From Malacoraja senta (lineage: Eukaryota), in NCBI GenBank assembly GCA_038087875.1, contig CM075987.1:23314001-23378000 (forward strand): a stretch of DNA of 64,000 nt, in the 5' to 3' direction. Shown here in pieces: positions 27,201 to 37,215 of the stretch. The stretch's first letter is position 1. Every line of letters begins with the position of its first letter. Below the pieces are notes generated by a model, which worked only from the letters and a program-made list of their open reading frames with translations, did no database searches and was not told the DNA's origin. Position numbers and translations under genes: made by a program.

Positions 27201-27243
27201 CCCAAAACCATCCCTTCCATCTCCACCGAACCCGATCATCCAT
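224..27243 (-). CDS. Clade-B fibrillar collagen alpha chain (collagen XI/V family; alpha-2(XI)/alpha-1(XI)/alpha-1(V)-like). Partial multi-exon gene that continues beyond the left edge.
   Basis: Signal-peptide exon at 27144-27243, then GT-AG, phase-0 Gly-X-Y exons at 23424-23477, 23130-23174, 7645-7698, 3603-3647, 2896-2949, 2075-2119, 1920-1973, 981-986 (cut by gap) and 224-277. The alternating 54/45-bp sizes, order and peptides match the COL5A1/COL11A1/COL11A2 major triple helix. Confidence 0.95.
781..980. other. Assembly gap (200 N)
   Basis: Run of N. Confidence 1.
981..986 (-). CDS. First two codons (Gly-His) of the expected GHPGKEG... helix exon, truncated by an assembly gap
   Basis: cttgtccacag|GGC CAC runs straight into the N-run. 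This is the exon expected at this position in collagen V/XI genes. Confidence 0.8.
1050..1860. repeat. C-rich low-complexity intronic tract with degenerate repeats
   Basis: Poly-C runs and recurring AACTCTTCCCCCCTCC-like motifs. Confidence 0.85.
1920..1973 (-). CDS. Collagen helix exon GPTGKPGLAGVPGADGPP (54 bp)
   Basis: Acceptor ccacag and donor gtgagt. Confidence 0.96.
2075..2119 (-). CDS. Collagen helix exon GLPGPQGAIGPPGTN (45 bp)
   Basis: Acceptor ttaacag and donor gtaagt. Confidence 0.95.
2215..2890. repeat. G-rich low-complexity intronic tract
   Basis: GGGAG/GGGTG runs. Confidence 0.85.
2896..2949 (-). CDS. Collagen helix exon GPQGEPGPPGQQGNPGAQ (54 bp)
   Basis: Acceptor tttctag and donor gtaacc; highly conserved collagen V/XI peptide. 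Confidence 0.96.
3198..3481 (+). mobile_element. HE1-like tRNA-derived V-SINE
   Basis: tRNA-like head (TGGCGCAG...GGTTCGATCC), V-domain (GGGTTTTCTCCGG..GGTTTCCTCCCACA) and CR1-type tail (GGGCCGAAGGGCCTGTTTCC). Confidence 0.85.
3603..3647 (-). CDS. Collagen helix exon GITGMDGHNGPKGSQ (45 bp)
   Basis: Acceptor ttttccag and donor gtaggt. Confidence 0.95.
3820..4455 (+). mobile_element. Nested HER1/CR1 LINE 3' fragments
   Basis: CR1 ORF2 C-terminal remnants and the 3' UTR GATCAGCCATGAT...GGGCCGAATGGCC, present twice. Confidence 0.85.
5275..5610 (+). mobile_element. HER1/CR1 LINE 3' fragment
   Basis: MFPMLG.SRTRGHSLRI..FTQRVVNLWNSLP coding remnant plus 3' UTR. Confidence 0.88.
5735..6082. mobile_element. 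Cluster of Penelope-derived terminal-repeat fragments in both orientations
   Basis: GCTGGAGTAACTCAGCGGGTCAGGCAGCATC / GAAGGGTCTCGACCCGAAACGTCACC motifs, the same as those downstream of the GIY-YIG remnant at 43.4-43.9 kb. Confidence 0.75.
7645..7698 (-). CDS. Collagen helix exon GPRGLLGPKGPAGPAGPH (54 bp)
   Basis: Acceptor ctttgcag and donor gtgagt; GPRGLLGPKGP is typical of collagen V/XI. Confidence 0.96.
7880..8220. repeat. Minisatellite, 21-23-bp unit AAACCATCCCGCCCCATG(ATGTT/TA)
   Basis: More than 10 tandem copies. Confidence 0.9.
8530..9400 (+). mobile_element. Degenerate Rex1/Babar-like LINE, RT C-terminal fragment
   Basis: DTTVVGRITNNDETEYRKEMENL..SLNVSK, KKAHQRLY and LLPSGRR..TTRLRNSFF motifs, with frameshifts. 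Confidence 0.85.
9706..10016. mobile_element. PIF/Harbinger-like MITE
   Basis: TIR GGCCTGTCCCACTGTA...TACGGTGGGACAGGGC with TAA-like flanks; same family as 19531-19838 and 52391-52706. Confidence 0.8.
10588..10868 (+). mobile_element. HE1-like V-SINE
   Basis: Near full-length match to the other copies. Confidence 0.88.
11875..12150 (-). mobile_element. HE1-like V-SINE
   Basis: Reverse-complement copy. Confidence 0.85.
12528..12816 (+). mobile_element. HE1-like V-SINE
   Basis: Full-length copy with a CTAAA tail. Confidence 0.88.
13130..13702 (-). mobile_element. HER1/CR1 LINE 3' fragment
   Basis: IEGVQRRFTRLIPGM..RLGLYTLEFRRMRGDLIET..FTQRVVNLWNS plus a (TCTATTG)n tail. Confidence 0.92.
14062..14675. 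repeat. Tandem 66-bp array and inverted copies of the Penelope-derived terminal repeat
   Basis: The unit CAGAGTGCTGGAGTAACTCAGCGGGTCAGGCAGCATCTGTGGAGAACATGGATAGGTGACGTTTCA occurs about five times. Confidence 0.85.
14866..15113 (-). mobile_element. HE1-like V-SINE, internally deleted
   Basis: Head and tail present, middle shortened. Confidence 0.8.
15923..17956 (-). mobile_element. Ty3/Gypsy (Mag-like) LTR retrotransposon, internally deleted provirus
   Basis: Polypurine tract AAAGAAAGGGAGA (16162-16150) is followed by a 3' LTR starting TGTGGTATTATGGAA (16149 to ~15923). The same 15-mer forms the 5' end (17956-17942). TTGCC(TAT) is duplicated on both flanks. The element is nested in a Penelope remnant. 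Confidence 0.92.
16261..17956 (-). CDS. Gypsy pol fragment: RNase H C-terminal part plus integrase; open frame of ~565 codons with no native start
   Basis: PVAYASRS..YAQVEKEALA..ETDHKPL (RNase H), HEGHLG..CRTC (HHCC zinc finger) and ADLF..SDNGPQF..GEAERAVQTVK (DDE). Confidence 0.9.
17957..18170 (-). mobile_element. Penelope-like element remnant; its other half lies at ~15710-15922
   Basis: Similar to the reverse complement of 43535-43740 (EQHLI..LGSL.P region and 3' repeat). Confidence 0.7.
18205..18552 (+). mobile_element. HER1/CR1 LINE 3' fragment
   Basis: FPMLGKSRTRGHSLRIRG...GYGEKAGTGY* plus 3' UTR. Confidence 0.92.
18805..19220 (-). mobile_element. HER1/CR1 LINE 3' fragment
   Basis: LGLYSLEFRRMR..FSQRVVNLWNSLP. 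Confidence 0.88.
19531..19838. mobile_element. PIF/Harbinger-like MITE
   Basis: TIRs AGGGGCTGTCCCACT / AGTGGGACAGGCCCT with TAG/TAA flanks. Confidence 0.8.
20218..20520 (-). mobile_element. HER1/CR1 LINE 3' fragment
   Basis: WNSLPQRAVEAGSLDAFKRELD..GYGEKAGTGY. Confidence 0.88.
20825..21018. mobile_element. Palindromic pair of Penelope-derived terminal repeats
   Basis: Inverted arms of ~95 bp centred on TTCTTCAGTCTGAAGAA. Confidence 0.82.
21027..21334. mobile_element. Harbinger-like DNA transposon end or MITE (CpG-rich)
   Basis: GGGCCTGTCCCACTT (21161) ... AAGTGGGACAGGCCCT|TAA. Confidence 0.65.
22310..23065. repeat. Minisatellite, 23-bp unit CACCCCACACCCCAACAYTGAYA
   Basis: About 30 tandem copies. 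Confidence 0.95.
23130..23174 (-). CDS. Collagen helix exon GDDGEVGPRGLPGEP (45 bp)
   Basis: Acceptor ttcacag and donor gtgagt; conserved collagen V/XI peptide. Confidence 0.96.
23250..23378. repeat. 36-bp tandem repeat in a short collagen intron
   Basis: CACGGTGGTGGAGTCTGCAGTAACAGCCCAGACTTG, about 3.5 copies. Confidence 0.9.
23424..23477 (-). CDS. Collagen helix exon GDAGSQGQPGPSGEIGDR (54 bp)
   Basis: Acceptor cttcccag and donor gtgagt; six Gly-X-Y triplets. Confidence 0.95.
23815..24208 (+). mobile_element. 5'-truncated L1-like LINE 3' end with a 15-bp TSD
   Basis: DQFLKTWTPFNKFLQE* ORF2-like end, a G-run, a T-rich UTR and an A-rich tail. TAAAGTTTAAAGGAG occurs at 23800-23814 and 24209-24223. 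Confidence 0.82.
24811..25010. other. Assembly gap (200 N)
   Basis: Run of N. Confidence 1.
26178..26420 (-). mobile_element. HER1/CR1 LINE 3' fragment
   Basis: Same subfamily as 18205-18552. Confidence 0.88.
27144..27243 (-). CDS. Collagen coding exon 1, signal peptide MDDRVRWRWKGWFWDSVLTLQIAILALTTSVSA
   Basis: ATG in a strong Kozak context (gggATGG), a basic/Trp-rich N-region, a hydrophobic core and a VSA cleavage motif, followed by a phase-1 donor G|GTAAGT. It resembles the COL11A1 leader (RW..KRWLWD) and its exon-1 size and phase. Confidence 0.85.
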
Positions 27244-27900
27244 CCCGCGCAGTTCCCGGCAGCGGCTGGCTTCCAAAAAGAAATTAAAGTTTTTTTTTTG
27301 TGTGTGTGTGTGTGTGCAAAATTGGGGATCGCCAAATTTAATGATGGGGATGTTTTCAAAAAAAAAACCCCAAACTACAAAATCTTAGGAAGCCATAAGG
27401 AGTTTTTGTTCCTTTAATCTTCTGGTGTCTCAACCCACCGGCTGCCTTCCCTTCCTTCAGCACTCTGCTCTGCCCCGGACTGACAGAAGCCTTGATCCTC
27501 TTCACGCCGTTTCCTGCAGCTGAACAAATTCTCCCAACAAAAAAAAAAGCCCAAAAAAAAAACAAAAAAAAAAAGGTCTGGAGTATTTTTTCCCCCCCTC
27601 CCTCTCTCTCTCTCTCTCCCTTTCACTGCCCACTCAAAGCACTGACACCGCCCAGAACAGCCCCTCCACTTAGCGGGCACGGGGAGGGAGGGAGGGAGGC
27701 TTCACAACTGAGATGTACAATAACGACTCCAACTTCAGTCTTTGTTTCATTCCCTGTCGTCCAACCCCGAAGTTTGAAGCGGCAACTTTAAACTTTCAGT
27801 GACAACTTTTGTCACACTTGGACACACACGGTCTCACTCTCTGTGCTTCACAGGGTCTCCCTCCCCCCCCCCAAAAAAAGGGGAGTCAAACCCCCCCCCC
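27244..27900 (-). promoter_or_regulatory. Putative 5' UTR and proximal promoter of the collagen gene
   Basis: TE-free island upstream of the ATG with a GC box (27648-27653), a purine tract, a SOX-like CTTTGTT (27740-27746) and a 7-bp palindrome (27799-27815). The transcription start site cannot be determined. Confidence 0.55.
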
Positions 27901-27917
27901 CCCATAGTTCCACCACT

Positions 27918-28200
27918 TTGGGGGGAGTCCAGAACCAGGGGAGTCACAGTTTAAGAATAAGGGGTAGGCCATTTGGGGCTGAGATGGGGAAAAACTTTTT
28001 CACCCTGAGAGTTGTGAATCTGTGGAATTCTCTGCCACTGGATGTTTTCAAGAGAGAGTTAGATTTAGCTCTTTGGGCTAACGGAATAAAGGGATAGGGG
28101 GAGAAAGCAGGAACGGGGGTACTGATTCTGGATGCTCAGCCATGATCATATTGAATGGCGGTGCTGGCTCGAAGGGCCGAATGGCCCACTCCAGCACCAA
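27918..28200 (+). mobile_element. HER1/CR1 LINE 3' fragment
   Basis: HSLRIRGRPF..RVVNLWNSLP plus UTR. Confidence 0.85.
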
Positions 28201-28730
28201 TAATCTATTTTTCGATCAGTCTGAAGAAGGGTTTCGGCCCGAAACGTTGCCTATTTCCTTCGCTCCATAGATGCTGCTGCACCCGCTGAGTTTCTCCAGC
28301 ATTTTTGTGTACCTTCTATTTTTCTATGTTTTCCCCAGTCACACCGCAACCTCGGATTAGGGCCCAACCTCAAAGTGACCCTGGGGGACTCACATCTGTT
28401 CCCAAATCTGAACCTTTTTTTTCTTCTTGTTTATTATGTTGTTTTCCGTGTACTATCATTAAATATTCTGCTGTGCTGCACCAAGTAAGAATGTCATTGT
28501 TCTATCTGGGACATATGACAATAAAACACTCTTGACTCTTGGCCCTTGAACCCTAATATGTTCTGTACCGTTTCATACCTTTAATTTCCCTCTGACTCTC
28601 AGTCTGAAGAAGGGTCTCGACCCGAACCGCCACCTATTCCTTCTCTCCGGAGATGCTGCCTGTCCCGCTGAGTTACTCCAGCATTTTGTGTCTATCTTTG
28701 GACCCAATTCAACCCCTGACAACGGGATTT

Positions 28731-29040
28731 TTAGTTTAGTTTAGAGATATACCGCGGAGACACGCCCTTCGGCCCATCTAGTCCGCACCGACCAGCGATC
28801 CCCGCACATTAACACTGTCCTACACACACTAGGGACAATTTACACTTATACCAAGTATACAAACCCAAGCCAATTAACCTACAAACCTGTACGTCTTTGG
28901 AGTGTGGGAGGAAACCGAAGATCTCGGAGTAAATCATGCGGTCACGGGGAGAACGTACAAACTCCGTACAGACAGCACCTGTAGTCGGGATCGAACCCGG
29001 GTCTTTGGCGTTGCAAGCGCTGTAAGGCAGCCGCTGCCAT
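28731..29040 (-). mobile_element. HE1-like V-SINE
   Basis: Near full-length reverse copy. Confidence 0.88.
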
Positions 29041-30018
29041 CCTGCTCCTAATCTCAATATAAGCATAGAGTCCCCAACTCAAGTCAACATTGCAGCCCCC
29101 AAATTCACTTCAACCAGGGGTGTGGGGAGGGGCAAGTACAGCAACCCCCCCCCCTCCCCCTCTCCCAGTCTAATCTTCAGATCCTGAAACCTTCCCAGCC
29201 ACAGGGTCCCAAGAGGCAAAGGTTGGGTTGTGCTTCAGGAACCATTAGAGTGTACCTTAACACATCCCTACCACTGATCCCTGAATATTATCCAAGCACA
29301 GCCCAAATGTTGTGTTCCATCTACTGGGTCCCAATTGCGGAATAACCACAGGATCCCAGCCATGCTGTTCCAAATGGGTGACATAGCGGTAGAGTTGCTG
29401 CCTGACAGCGCCAGAGACCCAGGTTCGATCCTAACCATGGGTGCTGTCTGTACGAGGCTTGAACATTCTTCCTGTGGCCGCGTGGTTTTTCTCTGGGTGC
29501 TCCAACTGCAACAATGGACCATTGTGGGCTCCACCTTTCCTTGACCATTGTTGCTGGCTTTGGATTGTTCTTTTCAAACCTGTCGTTCATTTGTTCTTTG
29601 TATGTTTTCATACCTCTAGTTTCCCTTCCCCCTGACTCTCAGTCTGAAGAAGGGTCTCCTGCCGAAACGTCACCTGTCTGTTCCTTTTCTCCAGAGTTGC
29701 TACCCGACCCGCTGAGTTACTCCAGCATTCTGTGTCTAAATTCACAGTAAATCATCAGTTATTTCTAAGTAAACTAGGCCATGATAGTACAAAAATGAAA
29801 ATATTTTATGCATGAAGTGCTGTGAATGATAAAGATAAAGATATTCTCCATTACAAACCAGACTTGAAGCTCTGTTTGATGAGCAAAGTGGATAATCTAA
29901 TGGATATTCACCGGACTGGTGTACAATCAGGACAATGCATTGGTTTGTTTAACAGGCTCTATCTATCCTTAATGGGTAAAGTGTATGATGATCAGTGCAC
30001 TACAGACAAATATATGGT

Positions 30019-30232
30019 GGACACAAAATGCTGGCGTAACTCAGCGGGACAGGCAGCATCTCTGGAGATAAGGAATGGGTGACGTTTCAGGTCGAGACCC
30101 TTCTTCAGGCTGATCCCGACCCGAAACGTCACCCATTCCTTCTCTCCAGAGATGCTGCCCGACCCGCTGAGTTACTCCAGCATTTTGTGTCTACCTTCGA
30201 TTTAAACCAGCATCTGCAGTTCTTTCCAACAC
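30019..30232. mobile_element. Palindromic Penelope-derived repeat pair
   Basis: Inverted arms of ~85 bp. Confidence 0.8.
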
Positions 30233-30389
30233 AGATAAATGTTTAATGGGTGAATGTATAATGCGGGTACAAACTACAGTGTAAGATGGAGGTATGAGGT
30301 GGATGGATGGATGTAGACAGGGTCAACGTACAACAGAAAGGTTAAAGAACATGTTGTACACAGTGAGTGAATGTATTAACAAGCATCAT

Positions 30390-30675
30390 CTTTAGGTTTA
30401 GAGATACAGCGTTGAAACAAGCCCTTCGGCCCACCGAGGCCGTGCCCCAGTGATTGCCCTGTATACTAGCGCCATCCTACACACTAGGGACAATTTACAA
30501 TTGACAAAAGCCAGTTAACCTACAAACCTGCGCCTCTTTGATATGTGGAAGGGAACCGAAGCACCCGGAGAAAATCCACGCGGTCACAGGGAGAACGTAC
30601 AAACTCCAGACAGACAGCACCCCGTAGTCAGGATCGAACCTGGGTCTCTGGCGCCGTAAGGTAGCAATGCTACCG
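30390..30675 (-). mobile_element. HE1-like V-SINE
   Basis: Reverse copy. Confidence 0.85.
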
Positions 30676-31344
30676 TTGGTTCAGGAGCAGCTTCTTCCCA
30701 ACAATCATCAGGCTATTGAACGCTATGAGCTACAACTAAACTCGGAACTACAAACTGCCTTGATTGCATTCGGGACTTTGGGACATGTTTGCTTTTTGAA
30801 CAATGCAGTTTTTTAAATAGATTGGACTTTTTTTAAAATGTTTCTTTATTATATTATGTACTGAGTTCTGTGTTTGCAAACCAGCTGTGCTACTGGAAGT
30901 GAGAATTGTCTCATTTTGATACATGTGACAGTAAACCACTCTTGACCCTTGAGTCTGCAGTCTGGTTGCTTGGGTTCTCCTGAGATCCCAAGGGTATGGA
31001 GATGGAAGAGAGAAGTACTTGAAAGCTTGGCATGGTTCCTGGAGGACATTCTCCAGGGATAATGTTTCCTCACTTACTGAATAGTTGAGCTTTGAGCAAT
31101 AGCTCTGACCACCATCTCCCAGGTCTCCTCACCAGAAAAGCAGTAGACTGGAAATACAGTACCACGTTAGATGGATAGATCTAGCAGCTACAGCTCTGAC
31201 AGCCTAACTTTGCAGTTGGGAAACATTTAGTGCTAAAATCAATTATCTTTTGGAAATAGCATGGGCTCACAAAAATGTTCAAGGAAAACCATTTTGTATT
31301 AATTTAGAGATTAGTGAGTAACAGGGACGATTGAAAGGATTGAA

Positions 31345-31708
31345 AGGTAAGATCATCTCTGACCCCTCTCACCCTGGCCACAAACTCTTTGAATCACTTC
31401 CCTCTGGAAGGCAACTCCGGACTGTCAAAGCTGCCACAGCCAGACATAAAAACAGTTTTTATCCACGAGTAGTTGCTCTACTCAACAGCCAAAAATCTGT
31501 AGCCTCCCTTTGATCTGGTATTTTGTTGGTTCACATGCTTGATCAATGGTGTTTTATCATTAATGTTTTATTATTATTAATGTTTAGTGTTTTCTGAGTC
31601 ATTCGTAACTGTCACTGTATGTCATGTTGTTACTTGTGGGCGGAGCACCAAGGCAAATTCCTTGTATGTGAATACTTGGCCAATAAATTTACTTACTTAC
31701 TTACTTAC
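31345..31708 (+). mobile_element. Rex1/Babar-like LINE 3' end
   Basis: KIISDPSHPGHKLFESLPSGR..TARHKNSFYP..LLN*, 3' UTR, AATAAA and a (TTAC)n tail. Confidence 0.88.
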
Positions 31709-33980
31709 TAGTGTGGTTGATGTGTACGTGGATTTTTAAAATATAATGACCATTCAGCCCTTTTGGGCCCATGCCAACTCCTAAGAAAGCATTCCCATTG
31801 CTCACTTATCCCTCCTCCATCTAGCATCCGTCCAACATATGCTTTCTCACACACGCCCATCCACTCTCCATTGACTCTACTCCGCCATTTAACCATGGCT
31901 GATCTATCTTTCCTTCTCAACTCCATTCTCCTGCCTTCTCCCCATAATCTTCGACACTCAGATTATTTTTCTTAGACCACAAAAGGATGGGAGAGAATGT
32001 AAGGTTGGATTTCTAAAGGACAACGCAAGCAAGCTTTCCAATTGCTTTCAAAAGTGAAATTTGTTTAAAAAAAAAAAAAAAAATTTAGAGAAAATACTAG
32101 ACATGAGGAGGATGCAGTGCAATGTGATTGATTGGATAGGACCAGGCATGATGGGCCGAAGGTCCTTCTCCCAGGCTGTGTCTTTAGTCTTTTTTTTGTT
32201 TTTAGTTTTAGAGATACAGCACAGAAACAGGCCCTTCAGCCCACCGGGTCCGTGCCGACCAGCGATCCCTGCCCACTTACACTATCCCACACACTGGGGA
32301 CAATTTACAATTATACCAAGCCAACCTGAGATAGATACAATTGCTGGAGTAACTCAGTGGGACAGGCAGCATCTCTGGAGAGAAGGAATGGGTGACGTTT
32401 CGGGTCGAGACCCTTCTTCACACACGTTCCGGGGTCAGCCACGACCCGAAACGTCACCCATTCCTTCTCTCCAGAGATGCTGCCTGTCCCGCTGAGTTAC
32501 TCCAGCTTTTTCGGTTGAAACCAGCATCTGCAGTTCCTTCCTGTACAACCTACAAACCTGGAGGCCTTTGACAATACTGATATCACGTGCAGGGGCCACA
32601 GAGAGAACATGGAGGGACCCGGTGTGGGAGGGCTACCAAGAGACTGCCAGGTCCCTCCATCTGCAGCACCCTGTGCCACATCACAACTCGTCTCATTAGT
32701 CATGTTGCAGCATCTGTGACTAAGGCATCCCAGGCATCTGGCAGCAGCTGACAAGGGCCACAGCTGGGACTACACAGACACATTCCAACCTTGCCCGCAG
32801 TGTTAACCCAGCTTACCAAGAGCGTGATACAGGTCAGTGCTAAGTGGTGTATCCCCCCCCCACCCCTCTGACCCTCCTCTCCCCACCCCACCAATTCTCC
32901 CTCTCCCCTCTCCTCCTCCACCTCTCTGCCCCTTCCCCTCTCCCTTGTCCCTCTCCCCCCCCCCCATTGCTCCTCCCCCATTCCTCTCCCCTTACATCAT
33001 AGAAAATGGGAGAATTCTGGCAAGGGCTTTCTCTCCTCATTATTCCTCAACGGTGCTTAGAATAAGCAGATTAACTGCCATTACACCCAGAAGCAGCGTG
33101 ACTCATTGATTAAGACACTCATAGCTGCAAGGCACAAAGCCTGGTGTAATCCATTTTAACTGTGTTTCCCTCATTACAAGAAGCTGTTAGCTGGACAATG
33201 TTCACTGGAGGTCCGGGCCGCTCTCAGATATCCCTGATCAAATTGCTGCTTGAAATTGAGAAATCTGCCTGTGAGCATTTGACACACAGGGGCCTTCAGT
33301 CAGTTAGCAGTGCAGTCGCGGTGGGTTGACAATGAGCCATCTTTGGTGTCTCTGCAGTGGATCAGACACACTGGTCTCTCCGTGAGCGAGAGTCCGCAGC
33401 TCCAGGGGTTGAAGATGAGGAGCTGAGGGGAGACAGAGGGGGAGAGAAGAAGGTGTGCGGCCGTGTGACACTGCTGTAAGTCAGCACCTCCCTCCATAGA
33501 TGGTGCCATTGCCCCAGCTTGAAGTAAACTCACCTCCAAGCAGAGATGATGGCAGAGGTCGGTCGAGGACACGCCACCGAGAGAATAAAGAGGGACCCGG
33601 CATGGGGGGGGGGGGCATTGACAAGAGGGACGTTGAACACTTTGTGACTTTGTCACATGTGATAAGAAAGTATCATTCACTCATTCATTCATTCATTCAT
33701 TCATTCTGATAACTCTGGGCAGAAAGGACCCAGTGTGTCCTGGCTCCATCAAGGTCCTCTGCATGATATTGTCCAGGTGAGTGTTCCCACTATCCAAGTG
33801 GCAAACCTTCTCTGCTGGTCGGTCTCGACGAAGCCTCCCACACTGAGTGTCCAGACCGCTGAAGGTTGCCAGAGCCAGTCCTCCCCTCTCCACCCATATC
33901 CGTCCCTCTGGCTTTACCTTCCCCTCCTCCTCTCTCCTTATCTTACATTCTGGCATCTTCCTGGTCACTTTACCCCATCC

Positions 33981-34430
33981 ACGGCGTTGCAGCGGTAGAG
34001 CTGCTGCCTTACAGCGCCAGGGACCTGGGTTCGATCCTGACTACTGGTGCTGACTGTACGGAGTTTGTACGTTCTCCCTGTGACCGCGTGGGTTTTCCCG
34101 GGTGCTACGGTTGACTCCCACACTCCAAAGACGTGAAGGTTTGTAGGATGTGTAGGAAGGAACTGCAGATGCTGGTTTAAACCGAAGATGGACGCAAAAT
34201 GGCTGGAGTAACTCAGCGGGGCAGGCAGCATCTCTGGAGAGAAGGAATGGGTGACGTTTCTGGTCGAGACCCTTCATCAGAGATGCTGCCTAGGTTTTGT
34301 AGGTTAATTGGCTTTGGCAAAAACATTGTAAATTGCCCAAAGTGTGTAGGATGATGTTAGTCTAGCGCAGACTCGGTGGGCCGAAGGACCTGTTTCCATG
34401 CTGTATCTCCAAACTAAACTAAACTAAACA
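33981..34430 (+). mobile_element. HE1-like V-SINE interrupted by a Penelope-derived unit (~34150-34290)
   Basis: The SINE resumes after the insertion, with TTTGTAGG duplicated. Confidence 0.82.
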
Positions 34431-34849
34431 TCTACCAATCCAACCCCCACCCCCCCTCCTCACCTGCATCTTCCTATCACTTGCCAGGTTTTGTCCCACC
34501 CCACCTTTGTCTGTGCAGCTATCTAACTCCCTACTCCAATCAGCCCGAAGTAGGTTCCCAACACATAGTGTTGCCTGCCCATTCCCTCCACCATTGCTGC
34601 CTGACCCATTGAGTTCCTCCAAAACGTTATTGATCAAGATTCCTGCATCGCCAGTTCCTTCTGTCTCCAACCCTCATGGTTTCTTTGCTCACCTGGTGGA
34701 TAGAAGGAATGTGCGAGTTTTCGGCAGGGAGTCACTTACCTCCCTTACTCTGATTGTCCGTGTCCCTCCCCTCCACTGCCCACACTAACTTTATCCCCGC
34801 AAGGCCATCAGTTTGACCCTTGACCTGCAGCCGACCCCCAAACTAACTT

Positions 34850-35145
34850 TTTAGTTTAGTTTAGTTTAGAGATACAGCGCGGAAACAGGCCCTTCGGCCC
34901 ACCGGGTCCGTGCCGACCTGCGATCCCCGCACATTAACACTATCCTACACACATTAGGGACAATTTTACATTGATACCAAGCCAATCAACCTACAAACCT
35001 GCACGTCTTTGGAGTGTGAGAGGAAACCGGAGAAAACCCACACAGTCACGGGGAGAACGTACAAACTCCGTACAGACAGCACCCGTAGTCAGGATCAAAC
35101 CCGGGTCTCTGGCGCTGTGAGGCAGCAACTCTACCGCTGCACCTC
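34850..35145 (-). mobile_element. HE1-like V-SINE
   Basis: Near full-length reverse copy. Confidence 0.88.
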
Positions 35146-35786
35146 CGCGCCTCTCGTATTTGGTTCCATTACAATTCCCAGCCCCTCCTTTAATCTCACT
35201 CTAATCCCACTCCCTTCTCCAATCCCACGTTGTAACGTTTATTCCATTCCCCATTATCACCCTCATCATTAATCTCAAATGATGTCCCGAATGCTTCCCA
35301 TTTTCTCACAGTTTAGCCTTGGATCCCTCCCAGCCTCCGTGCCTGGTGAAATCCAGGTCTTAAGTTGCAAGATGCTGCCTAGAATCGCAAAGCTAATAGT
35401 CTGAAATCATTGGAACTTTACCAAAAAAACATTCGAGACTAACATCTCATCTTGCTTCCTGTTTAAACAGCAGCACGCAAAACATGCGATGGAAACAATC
35501 GGTACATATGAAGACATTAAGCGATAGACAGATAGGAATGAGGGAAGCAAAGTGAGACGGGGGGGGGGGGGGAACAGTGATGTCGTCAGGTCAAGTCTAG
35601 AGTATTGTCTTACCCACAAGTACAGGCCCAGAGACATCACAGATATATAGACACAGATAAGGCACAAAACACAACATCACACAGATATTATACATGACAA
35701 TGAAAAAGAAAGACAAGAATATTAGTGTAAAAAAACACTTAAGAATCAAGAGCGTTTCATTATCATATACACCAGGATCAGGACAA

Positions 35787-35790
35787 TAAT

Positions 35791-35822
<32 letters not shown>

Positions 35823-36548
35823 GCCTTTATTGTCATTGTACTTAGAAATACAACAAAATTAGGAGTCCTACTACTGATCAATGCAACCAAAACATGTCCA
35901 AACAAGACAAAGTCACATCTAATGCATTCAATACGTTATTCTGCACTGGGAGAATATTACACTTTAAATTTAGTAAATACTTTAAAGGATTTTTAAAAAA
36001 GAGAGGAAATATTAACAGAGTGGTCTGTTTATAGTGGAAATGATGGCAGCATTCTCATGTCGTGTGGATAGTTGAGGAATTTAGAGTTCTAATGGCCCAG
36101 GGAAAGAAACTGTTATTGAGTCTGTTTTGACGCAGCTATACCGCCTACCAGAGGGCAGGAGGTTGAACAGTGACTGTCCAGGATGGGAGGGGTCTTTGAT
36201 TATTTTCCTGGTTCTACGGAGACACCGAGCGCTGGAGATGTCTTCCAGGGAAGGCAGAGGAGCAGCCGATGATTTTCTGGGCAGTTTTGATCACTCTCTG
36301 CAGTGCTCTCCTTTCTGCTGCCGAGCAGCCGGCATGCCGCACCGTGATACAATATGCCAGCACACTCTCGATGGTGGAGCAGTAGAAGGCCACCAGCAGC
36401 TTCTCCTCTAGACTGTTCTTCCTTAGCACTCTCAGGAAGTACAATCGCTGCTGGGTCTTTTTTTACCACCGCTGAAGTGTTGGCAGACCAGGAGAGGTCC
36501 TCCACGATGTGTGTTCCCAGGAATCTGAAGGTGGAAACCCTCTCGATA
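35787..36548 (-). mobile_element. Rex1/Babar-like LINE 3' fragment with a (TTA)n tail
   Basis: ERVSTFRFLGTHI.EDLSWSANT..YFLRVLRKN..FYCSTIESVLAYCITV..LQRVIKTAQKIIG, with frameshifts. Confidence 0.88.
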
Positions 36549-36939
36549 CAATCAATACAATACAATCAGTTTTATTCGTCACATTGCACATAAAGTGCAA
36601 GTGAAATGAATTTGCCAGCAGCGGTACAATGATAAAGAACACACAAAAACACAATAAAAATTTAATACAAACATCCACCACAGCATTCATCACTGTGGTG
36701 GAAGGCACAAAATTCGGCCAGTCCTCCTCCATTTTCCCACGTGGTCGGGACCTCAACCCTCCGCAGCCGCTGCTGCGGGCATCCAGATGAGTGATCTCAT
36801 CTCGACATCATCTCGACACTTGTTGCAGCTTTGCAGGTACATTAACACAACAACACAACAGATAAATGTACAATAAACAAAAATACAATAAATTATAGGT
36901 TATTCCAGGCAACCAACCTATAGTAATGCAGTAAATGTT

Positions 36940-37215
36940 TAGTTTTAGATTTTTAGTTTTAGAGATACAGCACGGAAACAGGCCCTTCGGCCCACCGACC
37001 AGCGATCCCCGCACATTAGCACTACCCTACACACATTAGCGACAATTTACATTTACACCAAGCCAATTAACCTGCAAACCTGTAGGTCTTTGGAGTGTGG
37101 GAGATCTTGGAGAGAATCAACACAACTCACGGGGAGACATGTAGTCAGGGGCACCCCCTAGTCAGGATCGAACCCTGGTCTATGGCGTTGTCAGGCAGCA
37201 ACTCCACAGCTGTGT
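36940..37215 (-). mobile_element. HE1-like V-SINE
   Basis: Reverse copy. Confidence 0.82.
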
